A stretch of 64,000 nucleotides of DNA, taken from Eledone cirrhosa (taxonomy: Eukaryota). The first letter of the stretch is position 1, and every line of letters starts with the position of its first letter. The notes beneath the pieces were generated by a model that did no database searches, had not been told where the DNA came from, and saw only the letters and a list, made by a program, of their open reading frames with translations. This document shows positions 43,701-58,550 of this stretch, in pieces. The stretch lies in assembly GCA_964016885.1 (NCBI GenBank), contig OZ024742.1, positions 241,490,001-241,554,000 of the forward strand, given 5' to 3'. The position numbers and the translations under genes are program-made.

Positions 43701-45250
43701 CAAGCCAATAACAGAAATGGAACTCTAAGCCTCCTACAGAAATGGAACTGCAAGCCACTAACATAAATGGAACTCCAAGCCACTAACAGAAATGGAACTC
43801 CAAGCCACCAACAGAAATGGAACTCCAAGCCACCAACAGAAATGGAACTCCAAGCCACCAACAGAAATGGAACTCCAAACCACCAACAGAAATGTAACTC
43901 CAAGCCACTAACAGAAATGGAACACCAAGCCACCAACAGAAATGGAATACCAAGCGACCAACAGAAATGGAACTCCAAGCCACCAACAGAAATGGAACTC
44001 CAAACCACCAACAGAAATGTAACTCGAAGCCAATAACAGAAATGGAACTCCAAGCCACTAACAGAAATGGAACTCCAAGCGACTAAAAGAAATGGAACTC
44101 CAAGCCACCAACAGAAATGGAACACCAAGCCACTAACAGAAATGGAACTCCAAGTAACCAACAGAAATGGAAATCCAAGCCACTAACAGAAATGGAACTC
44201 CAAGCCACCAACAGAAATGGAACTCCAAGCAACCAACAGAATTGGAACTCCAAGCCACCAACAGAAATGGAACTCCAAGCCACCAACAGAAATGGAACTC
44301 CAAGCCACCAACAGAAATGGAACTCCAAGCCACCAACAGAAATGGAACTCCAAGCCATCAACAGAAATGGAACTCCAAGCCACCAACAGAAATGGAACTC
44401 CAAGCCACCAACAGAAATAAAACTCCAAGCTAACAACAAAAATGGACCTTCAAGCCACCAACAGAAATGAAACTCCCAGCCACCAACAGAAATGGAACTC
44501 CAAGCCAATAACAGAAATGGAACTCCAAGCCACCAACAGAAATGGAACACCAAGCCACCAACAGAAATGGAACTCCAAGCCACCAACAGAAATGGAACTC
44601 CAAACCACCAACAGAAATGTAACTCCAAGCCACCAACAGAAATGGAATTCCAAGCCATTAACAGAAATGGAACTCCAAGCCACCAACAGAAATGGAACTC
44701 CAAGCCACCAACAGAAATGGAACTCCAAGCCACCAACAGAAATGGAACTCCAAGCCACCAACAGAAATGGAACTCCAAGCCACTAACAGAAATGGAATTC
44801 CAAGCGACTAAAAGAAATGGAACTCCAAGCCACCAACAGAAATGAAACTCCAACCCACCAACAGAAATGGAAAACCAAGCCACTAACAGAAATGGAACTC
44901 CAAGTAACCAACAGAAATAGAACTCCAAGCCACTAACAGAAATGGAACTCCAAGCCACCAACAGAAATGGAACTCCAAACCACCAACAGAAATGTAACTC
45001 CAAGCCACCAACAGAAATGGAATTCCAAGCCATTAACAGAAATGGAACTCCAAGCCACCAACAGAAATGGAACTCCAAGCAACCAACAGAAATGGAACTC
45101 CAAGCCACCAACAGAAATGAAACTCCAACCCACCAACAGAAATGGAAAACCAAGCCACTAACAGAAATGGAACTCCCAGTAACCAACAGAAATGGAACTC
45201 CAAACCACTAACAGAAATGGAACTCCAAGCCACCAACAGAAATGGAACTC
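37430..45250 (+). repeat. Tandem block duplication, 3,925-3,950-bp period, with more private substitutions between copies
   Basis: ORF pairs 37508/41433, 37855/41780, 38150/42075 and 39467/43392, then 40133/44083. Shared AACTCGAAGC at 40071/44021 and GGAATAC at ~39994/43944. Confidence 0.85.
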
Positions 45251-48200
45251 CAAACCACCAACAGAAATGTAACTCCAAGCCACTAACAGAAATGGAATTC
45301 CAAGCGACTAAAAGAAATGGAACTCCAAGCCACCAACAGAAATGGAACTCCAAGCTAACAACAAAAATGGACCTCCAAGCAACCAACAGAAATGAAACTC
45401 CAAGCCACCAACAGAAATGGAACTCCAAGCCACCAACCGAAATAAAACTCCAAGCCAATAACAGAAATGGAACTCTAAGCCTCCTACAGAAATGGAACTG
45501 CAAGCCACTAACATAAATGGAACTCCAAGCCACTAACAGAAATGGAACTCCAAGCCACCAACAGAAATGGAACTCCAAGCCACCAACAGAAATGGAACTC
45601 CAAGCCACCAACAGAAATGGAACTCCAAACCACCAACAGAAATGTAACTCCAAGCCACTAACAGAAATGGAACACCAAGACACCAACAGAAATGGAACAC
45701 CAAGCCACCAACAGAAATGGAACTCCAAGCCACCAACAGAAATGGAACTCCAAACCACCAACAGAAATGTAACTCCAAGCCAATAACAGAAATGGAATTC
45801 CAAGCCACTAACAGAAATGGAACTCCAAGCGACTAAAAGAAATGGAACTCCAAGCCACCAACAGAAATGGAACACCAAGCCACTAACAGAAATGGAACTC
45901 CAAGTAACCAACAGAAATGGAAATCCAAGCCACTAACAGAAATGGAACTCCAAGCCACCAACAGAAATGGAACTCCAAGCAACCAACAGAAATGGAACTC
46001 CAAGCCACCAACAGAAATGGAACTCCAAGCCACCAACAGAAATGGAACACCAAGCCACCAACAGAAATGGAACTCCAAGCCACCAACAGAAATGGAACTC
46101 CAAGCCACCAACAGAAATGGAACTCCAAGCCACCAACAGAAATGGAACTCCAAGCCACCAACAGAAATAAAACTCCAAGCTAACAACAAAAATGGACCTT
46201 CAAGCCACCAACAGAAATGAAACTCCCAGCCACCAACAGAAATGGAACTCCAAGCCAATAACAGAAATGGAACTCCAAGCCACCAACAGAAATGGAACAC
46301 CAAGCCACCAACAGAAATGGAACTCCAAGCCACCAACAGAAATGGAACTCCAAACCACCAACAGAAATGTAACTCCAAGCCACCAACAGAAATGGAATTC
46401 CAAGCCATTAACAGAAATGGAACTCCAAGCCACCAACAGAAATGGAACTCCAAGCCACCAACAGAAATGGAACTCCAAGCCACCAACAGAAATGGAACTC
46501 CAAGCCACTAACAGAAATGGAATTCCAAGCGACTAAAAGAAATGGAACTCCAAGCCACCAACAGAAATGAAACTCCAACCCACCAACAGAAATGGAAAAC
46601 CAAGCCACTAACAGAAATGGAACTCCAAGTAACCAACAGAAATAGAACTCCAAGCCACTAACAGAAATGGAACTCCAAGCCACCAACAGAAATGGAACTC
46701 CAAGCAACCAACAGAAAAGGAAATCCAAGCCACCAACAGAAATGGAACTCCAAGCCACCAACAGAAATGGAACTCCAAGCCACTAACAGAAATGGAACTC
46801 CAAGCCACCAAAAGAAATGGAACGCCAAGCCACCAACAGAAATGGAACTCCAAGCCACCAACAGAAATGGAACTCCAAGCCACTAAAAGAAATGGAACTC
46901 CATGTTACCAACAGAAATGGAACTCCAAGCCACCAACAGAAATGGAACTCCAAGCCACCAACAGAAATAGAACTCCAAGCCACCAACAGAAATGGAACTC
47001 CAAGCTAACAACAAAAATGGACCTCCAATCCACCAACAGAAATGGAACTCCAAGCCACCAACAGAAATGGAACTCCAAGCCACCAACAGAAATGGAACTC
47101 CAAGCCACCAACAGAAATGAAACTCCAACCCACCAACAGAAATGGAAAACCAAGCCACTAACAGAAATGGAACTCCAAGTAACCAACAGAAATGGAACTC
47201 CAAGCCACTAACAGAAATGGAACTCCAAGCCACCAACAGAAATGGAACTCCAAACCACCAACAGAAATGTAACTCCAAGCCACTAACAGAAATGGAATTC
47301 CAAGCGACTAAAAGAAATGGAACTCCAAGCCACCAACAGAAATGGAACTCCAAGCTAACAACAAAAATGGACCTCCAAGCCACCAACAGAAATGAAACTC
47401 CAAGCCACCAACAGAAATGGAACTCCAAGCCACCAACAGAAATAAAACTCCAAGCCAATAACAGAAATGGAACTCTAAGCCTCCTACAGAAATGGAACTG
47501 CAAGCCACTAACATAAATGGAACTCCAAGCCACTAACAGAAATGGAACTCCAAGCCACCAACAGAAATGGAACTCCAAGCCACCAACAGAAATGGAACTC
47601 CAAGCCACCAACAGAAATGGAACTCCAAACCACCAACAGAAATGTAACTCCAAGCCACTAACAGAAATGGAACACCAAGCCACCAACAGAAATGGAATAC
47701 CAAGCGACCAACAGAAATGGAACTCCAAGCCACCAACAGAAATGGAACTCCAAACCACCAACAGAAATGTAACTCGAAGCCAATAACAGAAATGGAACTC
47801 CAAGCCACTAACAGAAATGGAACTCCAAGCGACTAAAAGAAATGGAACTCCAAGCCACCAACAGAAATGGAACACCAAGCCACTAACAGAAATGGAACTC
47901 CAAGTAACCAACAGAAATGGAAATCCAAGCCACTAACAGAAATGGAACTCCAAGCCACCAACAGAAATGGAACTCCAAGCAACCAACAGAATTGGAACTC
48001 CAAGCCACCAACAGAAATGGAACTCCAAGCCACCAACAGAAATGGAACTCCAAGCCACCAACAGAAATGGAACTCCAAGCCACCAACAGAAATGGAACTC
48101 CAAGCCATCAACAGAAATGGAACTCCAAGCCACCAACAGAAATGGAACTCCAAGCCACCAACAGAAATAAAACTCCAAGCTAACAACAAAAATGGACCTT

Positions 48201-50230
48201 CAAGCCACCAACAGAAATGAAACTCCCAGCCACCAACAGAAATGGAACTCCAAGCCAATAACAGAAATGGAACTCCAAGCCACCAACAGAAATGGAACAC
48301 CAAGCCACCAACAGAAATGGAACTCCAAGCCACCAACAGAAATGGAACTCCAAACCACCAACAGAAATGTAACTCCAAGCCACCAACAGAAATGGAATTC
48401 CAAGCCATTAACAGAAATGGAACTCCAAGCCACCAACAGAAATGGAACTCCAAGCCACCAACAGAAATGGAACTCCAAGCCACCAACAGAAATGGAACTC
48501 CAAGCCACCAACAGAAATGGAACTCCAAGCCACTAACAGAAATGGAATTCCAAGCGACTAAAAGAAATGGAACTCCAAGCCACCAACAGAAATGAAACTC
48601 CAACCCACCAACAGAAATGGAAAACCAAGCCACTAACAGAAATGGAACTCCAAGTAACCAACAGAAATAGAACTCCAAGCCACTAACAGAAATGGAACTC
48701 CAAGCCACCAACAGAAATGGAACTCCAAACCACCAACAGAAATGTAACTCCAAGCCACCAACAGAAATGGAATTCCAAGCCATTAACAGAAATGGAACTC
48801 CAAGCCACCAACAGAAATGGAACTCCAAGCAACCAACAGAAATGGAACTCCAAGCCACCAACAGAAATGAAACTCCAACCCACCAACAGAAATGGAAAAC
48901 CAAGCCACTAACAGAAATGGAACTCCCAGTAACCAACAGAAATGGAACTCCAAGCCACTAACAGAAATGGAACTCCAAGCCACCAACAGAAATGGAACTC
49001 CAAACCACCAACAGAAATGTAACTCCAAGCCACTAACAGAAATGGAATTCCAAGCGACTAAAAGAAATGGAACTCCAAGCCACCAACAGAAATGGAACTC
49101 CAAGCTAACAACAAAAATGGACCTCCAAGCAACCAACAGAAATGAAACTCCAAGCCACCAACAGAAATGGAACTCCAAGCCACCAACCGAAATAAAACTC
49201 CAAGCCAATAACAGAAATGGAACTCTAAGCCTCCTACAGAAATGGAACTGCAAGCCACTAACATAAATGGAACTCCAAGCCACTAACAGAAATGGAACTC
49301 CAAGCCACCAACAGAAATGGAACTCCAAGCCACCAACAGAAATGGAACTCCAAGCCACCAACAGAAATGGAACTCCAAACCACCAACAGAAATGTAACTC
49401 CAAGCCACTAACAGAAATGGAACACCAAGACACCAACAGAAATGGAACACCAAGCCACCAACAGAAATGGAACTCCAAGCCACCAACAGAAATGGAACTC
49501 CAAACCACCAACAGAAATGTAACTCCAAGCCAATAACAGAAATGGAATTCCAAGCCACTAACAGAAATGGAACTCCAAGCGACTAAAAGAAATGGAACTC
49601 CAAGCCACCAACAGAAATGGAACACCAAGCCACTAACAGAAATGGAACTCCAAGTAACCAACAGAAATGGAAATCCAAGCCACTAACAGAAATGGAACTC
49701 CAAGCCACCAACAGAAATGGAACTCCAAGCAACCAACAGAAATGGAACTCCAAGCCACCAACAGAAATGGAACTCCAAGCCACCAACAGAAATGGAACTC
49801 CAAGCCACCAACAGAAATGGAACTCCAAGCCACCAACAGAAATGGAACTCCAAGCCACCAACAGAAATGGAACTCCAAGCCACCAACAGAAATGGAACTC
49901 CAAGCCACCAACAGAAATAAAACTCCAAGCTAACAACAAAAATGGACCTTCAAGCCACCAACAGAAATGAAACTCCCAGCCACCAACAGAAATGGAACTC
50001 CAAGCCAATAACAGAAATGGAACTCCAAGCCACCAACAGAAATGGAACACCAAGCCACCAACAGAAATGGAACTCCAAGCCACCAACAGAAATGGAACTC
50101 CAAACCACCAACAGAAATGTAACTCCAAGCCACCAACAGAAATGGAATTCCAAGCCATTAACAGAAATGGAACTCCAAGCCACCAACAGAAATGGAACTC
50201 CAAGCCACCAACAGAAATGGAACTCCAAAC
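43300..50230 (+). repeat. Block duplication at 3,750-bp offset (150 monomers)
   Basis: ORF pairs 43392/47142, 44083/47833, 45033/48783 and 45833/49583. Shared GGAATACCAAGCGACC (~43944/47694) and CACCAACCGA (45431/49181). Confidence 0.88.
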
Positions 50231-53200
50231 CACCAACAGAAATGTAACTCCAAGCCACTAACAGAAATGGAACACCAAGACACCAACAGAAATGGAACAC
50301 CAAGCCACCAACAGAAATGGAACTCCAAGCCACCAACAGAAATGGAACTCCAAACCACCAACAGAAATGTAACTCCAAGCCAATAACAGAAATGGAATTC
50401 CAAGCCACTAACAGAAATGGAACTCCAAGCGACTAAAAGAAATGGAACTCCAAGCCACCAACAGAAATGGAACGCCAAGCCACTAACAGAAATGGAACTC
50501 CAAGTAACCAACAGAAATGGAAATCCAAGCCACTAACAGAAATGGAACTCCAAGCCACCAACAGAAATGGAACTCCAAGCAACCAACAGAAATGGAACTC
50601 CAAGCCACCAACAGAAATGGAACTCCAAGCCACCAACAGAAATGGAACTCCAAGCCACCAACAGAAATGGAACTCCAAGCCACCAACAGAAATGGAACTC
50701 CAAGCCACCAACAGAAATGGAACTCCAAGCCACCAACAGAAATGGAACTCCAAGCCACCAACAGAAATAAAACTCCAAGCTAACAACAAAAATGGACCTT
50801 CAAGCCACCAACAGAAATGAAACTCCCAGCCACCAACAGAAATGGAACTCCAAGCCAATAACAGAAATGGAACTCCAAGCCACCAACAGAAATGGAACAC
50901 CAAGCCACCAACAGAAATGGAACTCCAAGCCACCAACAGAAATGGAACTCCAAACCACCAACAGAAATGTAACTCCAAGCCACCAACAGAAATGGAATTC
51001 CAAGCCATTAACAGAAATGGAACTCCAAGCCACCAACAGAAATGGAACTCCAAGCCACCAACAGAAATGGAACTCCAAGCCACCAACAGAAATGGAACTC
51101 CAAGCCACTAACAGAAATGGAATTCCAAGCGACTAAAAGAAATGGAACTCCAAGCCACCAACAGAAATGAAACTCCAACCCACCAACAGAAATGGAAAAC
51201 CAAGCCACTAACAGAAATGGAACTCCAAGTAACCAACAGAAATAGAACTCCAAGCCACTAACAGAAATGGAACTCCAAGCCACCAACAGAAATGGAACTC
51301 CAAGCAACCAACAGAAAAGGAAATCCAAGCCACCAACAGAAATGGAACTCCAAGCCACCAACAGAAATGGAACTCCAAGCCACTAACAGAAATGGAACTC
51401 CAAGCCACCAAAAGAAATGGAACGCCAAGCCACCAACAGAAATGGAACTCCAAGCCACCAACAGAAATGGAACTCCAAGCCACTAAAAGAAATGGAACTC
51501 CATGTTACCAACAGAAATGGAACTCCAAGCCACCAACAGAAATGGAACTCCAAGCCACCAACAGAAATAGAACTCCAAGCCACCAACAGAAATGGAACTC
51601 CAAGCTAACAACAAAAATGGACCTCCAAGCCACCAACAGAAATGGAACTCCAAGCCACCAACAGAAATGGAACTCCAAGCAACCAACAGAAATGGAACTC
51701 CAAGCCACCAACAGAAATGAAACTCCAACCCACCAACAGAAATGGAAAACCAAGCCACTAACAGAAATGGAACTCCCAGTAACCAACAGAAATGGAACTC
51801 CAAGCCACTAACAGAAATGGAACTCCAAGCCACCAACAGAAATGGAACTCCAAACCACCAACAGAAATGTAACTCCAAGCCACTAACAGAAATGGAATTC
51901 CAAGCGACTAAAAGAAATGGAACTCCAAGCCACCAACAGAAATGGAACTCCAAGCTAACAACAAAAATGGCCCTCCAAGCCACCAACAGAAATGAAACTC
52001 CAAGCCACCAACAGAAATGGAACTCCAAGCCACCAACCGAAATAAAACTCCAAGCCAATAACAGAAATGGAACTCTAAGCCTCCTACAGAAATGGAACTG
52101 CAAGCCACTAACATAAATGGAACTCCAAGCCACTAACAGAAATGGAACTCCAAGCCACCAACAGAAATGGAACTCCAAGCCACCAACAGAAATGGAACTC
52201 CAAGCCACCAACAGAAATGGAACTCCAAACCACCAACAGAAATGTAACTCCAAGCCACTAACAGAACTGGAACACCAAGACACCAACAGAAATGGAACAC
52301 CAAGCCACCAACAGAAATGGAACTCCAAGCCACCAACAGAAATGGAACTCCAAACCACCAACAGAAATGTAACTCCAAGCCAATAACAGAAATGGAATTC
52401 CAAGCCACTAACAGAAATGGAACTCCAAGCGACTAAAAGAAATGGAACTCCAAGCCACCAACAGAAATGGAACACCAAGCCACTAACAGAAATGGAACTC
52501 CAAGTAACCAACAGAAATGGAAATCCAAGCCACTAACAGAAATGGAACTCCAAGCCACCAACAGAAATGGAACTCCAAGCAACCAACAGAAATGGAACTC
52601 CAAGCCACCAACAGAAATGGAACTCCAAGCCACCAACAGAAATGGAACTCCAAGCCACCAACAGAAATGGAACTCCAAGCCACCAACTGAAATGGAACTC
52701 CAAGCCACCAACAGAAATGGAACTCCAAGCCACCAACAGAAATGGAACTCCAAGCCACCAACAGAAATAAAACTCCAAGCTAACAACAAAAATGGACCTT
52801 CAAGCCACCAACAGAAATGAAACTCCCAGCCACCAACAGAAATGGAACTCCAAGCCAATAACAGAAATGGAACTCCAAGCCACCAACAGAAATGGAACAC
52901 CAAGCCACCAACAGAAATGGAACTCCAAGCCACCAACAGAAATGGAACTCCAAACCACCAACAGAAATGTAACTCCAAGCCACCAACAGAAATGGAATTC
53001 CAAGCCATTAACAGAAATGGAACTCCAAGCCACCAACAGAAATGGAACTCCAAGCCACCAACAGAAATGGAACTCCAAGCCACCAACAGAAATGGAACTC
53101 CAAGCCACTAACAGAAATGGAATTCCAAGCGACTAAAAGAAATGGAACTCCAAGCCACCAACAGAAATGAAACTCCAACCCACCAACAGAAATGGAAAAC

Positions 53201-53640
53201 CAAGCCACTAACAGAAATGGAACTCCAAGTAACCAACAGAAATAGAACTCCAAGCCACTAACAGAAATGGAACTCCAAGCCACCAACAGAAATGGAACTC
53301 CAAGCAACCAACAGAAAAGGAAATCCAAGCCACCAACAGAAATGGAACTCCAAGCCACCAACAGAAATGGAACTCCAAGCCACTAACAGAAATGGAACTC
53401 CAAGCCACCAAAAGAAATGGAACGCCAAGCCACCAACAGAAATGGAACTCCAAGCCACCAACAGAAATGGAACTCCAAGCCACTAAAAGAAATGGAACTC
53501 CATGTTACCAACAGAAATGGAACTCCAAGCCACCAACAGAAATGGAACTCCAAGCCACCAACAGAAATAGAACTCCAAGCCACCAACAGAAATGGAACTC
53601 CAAGCTAACAACAAAAATGGACCTCCAAGCCACCAACAGA
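49350..53640 (+). repeat. Nested block duplications at 850-bp and 2,000-bp offsets
   Basis: ORF pairs 49583/50433 (850), and 50433/52433, 51208/53208 and 51483/53483 (2000). The marker AACACCAAGACACC occurs at 49421, 50271 and 52271. Confidence 0.82.
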
Positions 53641-55359
53641 AATGAAACTCCAAGCCACCAACAGAAATGGAACTCCAAACCACCAACAGAAATGTAACTC
53701 CAAGCCACCAAAAGAAATGGAATTCCAAGCCATTAACAGAAATGGAACTCCAAGCCACCAACAGAAATGGAACTCCAAGCCACCAACAGAAATGGAACTC
53801 CAAGCCACCAACAGAAATGAAACTCCAACCCACCAACAGAAATGGAAAACCAAGCCACTAACAGAAATGGAACTCCAAGTAACCAACAGAAATGGAACTC
53901 CAAGCCACTAACAGAAATGGAACTCCAAGCCACCAACAGAAATGGAACTCCAAACCACCAACAGAAATGTAACTCCAAGCCACCAACAGAAATGGAATTC
54001 CAAGCCATTAACAGAAATGGAACTCCAAGCCACCAACAGAAATGGAACTCCAAGCCACCAACAGAAAAGGAACTCCAAGCCACCAACAGAAATGGAACTC
54101 CAAGCCACCAACAGAAATGGAACTCCAAGCCACTAACAGAAATGGAATTCCAAGCGACTAAAAGAAATGGAACTCCAAGCCACCAACAGAAATGGAACTC
54201 CAAGCTAACAACAAAAATGGACCTCCAAGCCACCAACAGAAATGAAACTCCAAGCCACCAACAGAAATGGAACTCCAAGCCACCAACAGAAATAAAACTC
54301 CAAGCCAATAACAGAAATGGAACTCTAAGCCTCCTACAGAAATGGAACTGCAAGCCACTAACATAAATGGAACTCCAAGCCACTAACAGAAATGGAACTC
54401 CAAGCCACCAACAGAAATGGAACTCCAAGCCACCAACAGAAATGGAACTCCAAGCCACCAACAGAAATGGAACTCCAAACCACCAACAGAAATGGAACTC
54501 CAAGCCACTAACAGAAATGGAACACCAAGCCACCAACAGAAATGGAACACCAAGCCACCAACAGAAATGGAACTCCAAGCCACCAACAGAAATGGAACTC
54601 CAAACCACCAACAGAAATGTAACTCCAAGCCAATAACAGAAATGGAACTCCAAGCCACTAACAGAAATGGAACTCCAAGCGACTAAAAGAAATGGAACTC
54701 CAAGCCACCAACAGAAATGGAACACCAAGCCACTAACAGAAATGGAACTCCAAGTAACCAACAGAAATGGAAATCCAAGCCACTAACAGAAATGGAACTC
54801 CAAGCCACCAACAGAAATGGAACTCCAAGCAACCAACGGAAATGGAACTCCAAGCCACCAACAGAAATGGAACTCCAAGCCACCAACAGAAATGGAACTC
54901 CAAGCCACCAACAGAAATGGAACTCCAAGCCACCAACAGAAATGGAACTCCAAGCCACCAACAGGAATGGAACTCCAAGCCACCAACAGGAATGGAACTC
55001 CAAGCCACCAACAGAAATAAAACTCCAAGCTAACAACAAAAATGGACCTTCAAGCCACCAACAGAAATGAAACTCCCAGCCACCAACAGAAATGGAACTC
55101 CAAGCCAATAACAGAAATGGAACTCCAAGCCACCAACAGAAATGGAACACCAAGCCACCAACAGAAATGGAACTCCAAGCCACCAACAGAAATGGAACTC
55201 CAAACCACCAACAGAAATGTAACTCCAAGCCACCAACAGAAATGGAATTCCAAGCCATTAACAGAAATGGAACTCCAAGCCACCAACAGAAATGGAACTC
55301 CAAGCCACCAACAGAAATGGAACTCCAAGCCACTAACAGAAATGGAACTCCAAGCCACC

Positions 55360-58300
55360 AACAGAAATGGAACTCCAAGCAACCAACAGAAATGGAAATC
55401 CAAGCCACCAACAGAAATGGAACTCCAAGCCACCAACAGAAATGGAACTCCAAGCCACTAACAGAAATGGAACTCCAAGCCACCAAAAGAAATGGAACGC
55501 CAAGCCACCAACAGAAATGGAACTCCAAGCCACCAACAGAAATGGAACTCCAAGCCACTAAAAGAAATGGAACTCCATGTTACCAACAGAAATGGAACTC
55601 CAAGCCATCAACAGAAATGGAACTCCAAGCCACCAACAGAAATGGAACTCCAAGCCACCAACAGAAATGGAACTCCAAGCTAACAACAAAAATGGACCTC
55701 CAAGCCACCAACAGAAATGAAACTCCAAGCCACCAACAGAAATGGAACTCCAAGCCAATAACAGAAATGGAACTCCAAGCCACCAACAGAAATGGAACTC
55801 CAAGCCACTAACATAAATGGAACACCAAGCCACCAACAGAAATGGAACTCCAAGCCACTAACAGAAATGGAACTTGAAGCCACTAACAGAAATGGAAATC
55901 CAAGCCACCAACAGAAATGGAACTCCAAGCCACCAACAGAAATGGAACTCCAAGATAACAACAGAAATGGACCTCCAAGCCACCAACAGAAATGAAACTC
56001 CAAGCCACCAACAGAAATGGAACTCCAAGCCACCAACAGAAATAAAACTCCAAGCCAATAACAGAAATGGAACTCTAAGCCTTCTACAGAAATGGAACTG
56101 CAAGCCACTAACATAAATGGAACTCCAAGCCACTAACAGAAATGGAACTCCAAGCCACCAACAGAAATGGAACTCCAAGCCACCAACAGAAATGGAACTC
56201 CAAGTAACCAACAGAAATGGAAATCCAAGCCACTAACAGAAATGGAACTCCAAGCCACCAACAGAAATGGAACTCCAAGCAACCAACAGAAATGGAACTC
56301 CAAGCCACCAACAGAAATGGAACTCCAAGCCACCAACAGAAATGGAACTCCAAGCCACCAACAGAAATGGAACTCCAAGCCACCAACAGAAATGGAACTC
56401 CAAGCCACCAACAGAAATGGAACTCCAAGCCACCAACAGAAATGGAACTCCAAGCCACCAACAGAAATAAAACTCCAAGCTAACAACAAAAATGGACCTT
56501 CAAGCCACCAACAGAAATGAAACTCCAAGCCACCAACAGAAATGGAACTCCAAGCCAATAACAGAAATGGAACTCCAAGCCACCAACAGAAATGGAACAC
56601 CAAGCCACCAACAGAAATGGAACTGCAAGCCACCAACAGAAATGGAACTCCAAACCACCAACAGAAATGTAACTCCAAGCCACCAACAGAAATGGAATTC
56701 CAAGCCATTAACAGAAATGGAACTCCAAGCCACCAACAGAAATGGAACTCCAAGCCACCAACAGAAATGGAACTCCAAGCCACCAACAGAAATGGAACTC
56801 CAAGCCACCAACAGAAATGGAACTCCAAGCCACTAACAGAAATGGAATTCCAAGCGACTAAAAGAAATGGAACTCCAAGCCACCAACAGAAATGAAACTC
56901 CAACCCACCAACAGAAATGGAAAACCAAGCCACTAACAGAAATGGAACTCCAAGTAACCAACAAAAATGGAACTCCAAGCCACTAACAGAAATGGAACTC
57001 CAAGCCACCAACAGAAATGGAACTCCAAGCAACCAACAGAAATGGAAATCCAAGCCACCAACAGAAATGGAACTCCAAGCCACCAACAGAAATGGAACTC
57101 CAAGCCACTAACAGAAATGGAACTCCAAGCCACCAAAAGAAATGGAACGCCAAGCCACCAACAGAAATGGAACTCCAAGCCACCAACAGAAATGGAACTC
57201 CAAGCCACTAAAAGAAATGGAACACCAAGTTACCAACAGAAATGGAACTCCAAGCCACCAACAGAAATGGAACTCCAAGCCACTAACAGAAATGGAACTC
57301 CAAGCCACCAAAAGAAATGGAACGCCAAGCCACCAACAGAAATGGAACTCCAAGTCACCAACAGAAATGGAACTCCAAGCCACTAAAAGAAATGGAACTC
57401 CATGTTACCAACAGAAATGGAACTCCAAGCCACCAACAGAAATGGAACTCCAAGCCACCAACAGAAATGGAACTCCAAGCCACCAACAGAAATGGAACTC
57501 CAAGCTAACAACAAAAATGGACCTCCAAGCCACCAACAGAAATGAAACTCCAAGCCACCAACAGAAATGGAACTCCAAGCAACCAACAGAAATGGAAATC
57601 CAAGCCACCAACAGAAATGGAACTCCAAGCCACCAACAGAAATGGAACTCCAAGCCACTAACAGAAATGGAACTCCAAGCCACCAAAAGAAATGGAACGC
57701 CAAGCCACCAACAGAAATGGAACTCCAAGCCACCAACAGAAATGGAACTCCAAGCCACTAAAAGAAATGGAACTCCATGTTACCAACAGAAATGGAACTC
57801 CAAGCCATCAACAGAAATGGAACTCCAAGCCACCAACAGAAATGGAACTCCAAGCCACCAACAGAAATGGAACTCCAAGCTAACAACAAAAATGGACCTC
57901 CAAGCCACCAACAGAAATGAAACTCCAAGCCACCAACAGAAATGGAACTCCAAGCCAATAACAGAAATGGAACTCCAAGCCACCAACAGAAATGGAACTC
58001 CAAGCCACTAACATAAATGGAACACCAAGCCACCAACAGAAATGGAACTCCAAGCCACTAACAGAAATGGAACTTGAAGCCACTAACAGAAATGGAAATC
58101 CAAGCCACCAACAGAAATGGAACTCCAAGCCACCAACAGAAATGGAACTCCAAGATAACAACAGAAATGGACCTCCAAGCCACCAACAGAAATGAAACTC
58201 CAAGCCACCAACAGAAATGGAACTCCAAGCCACCAACAGAAATAAAACTCCAAGCCAATAACAGAAATGGAACTCTAAGCCTTCTACAGAAATGGAACTG

Positions 58301-58550
58301 CAAGCCACTAACATAAATGGAACTCCAAGCCACTAACAGAAATGGAACTCCAAGCCACCAACAGAAATGGAACTCCAAGCCACCAACAGAAATGGAACTC
58401 CAAGTAACCAACAGAAATGGAAATCCAAGCCACTAACAGAAATGGAACTCCAAGCCACCAACAGAAATGGAACTCCAAGCAACCAACAGAAATGGAACTC
58501 CAAGCCACCAACAGAAATGGAACTCCAAGCCACCAACAGAAATGGAACTC
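55360..58550 (+). repeat. Block duplication at 2,200-bp offset (about 1-kb block)
   Basis: ORF pairs 55367/57567, 55680/57880 and 55874/58074. The variant TAAGCCTTCTACAG occurs only at 56076 and 58276. Confidence 0.85.

Noticed and set aside
10700-53640. Round duplication offsets (8000, 3500, 2000) as a sign of synthetic sequence
   Set aside because: In-register offsets must be multiples of 25, so round values are expected. Non-round offsets (1075, 2925, 3325, 3925) and private substitutions also occur.
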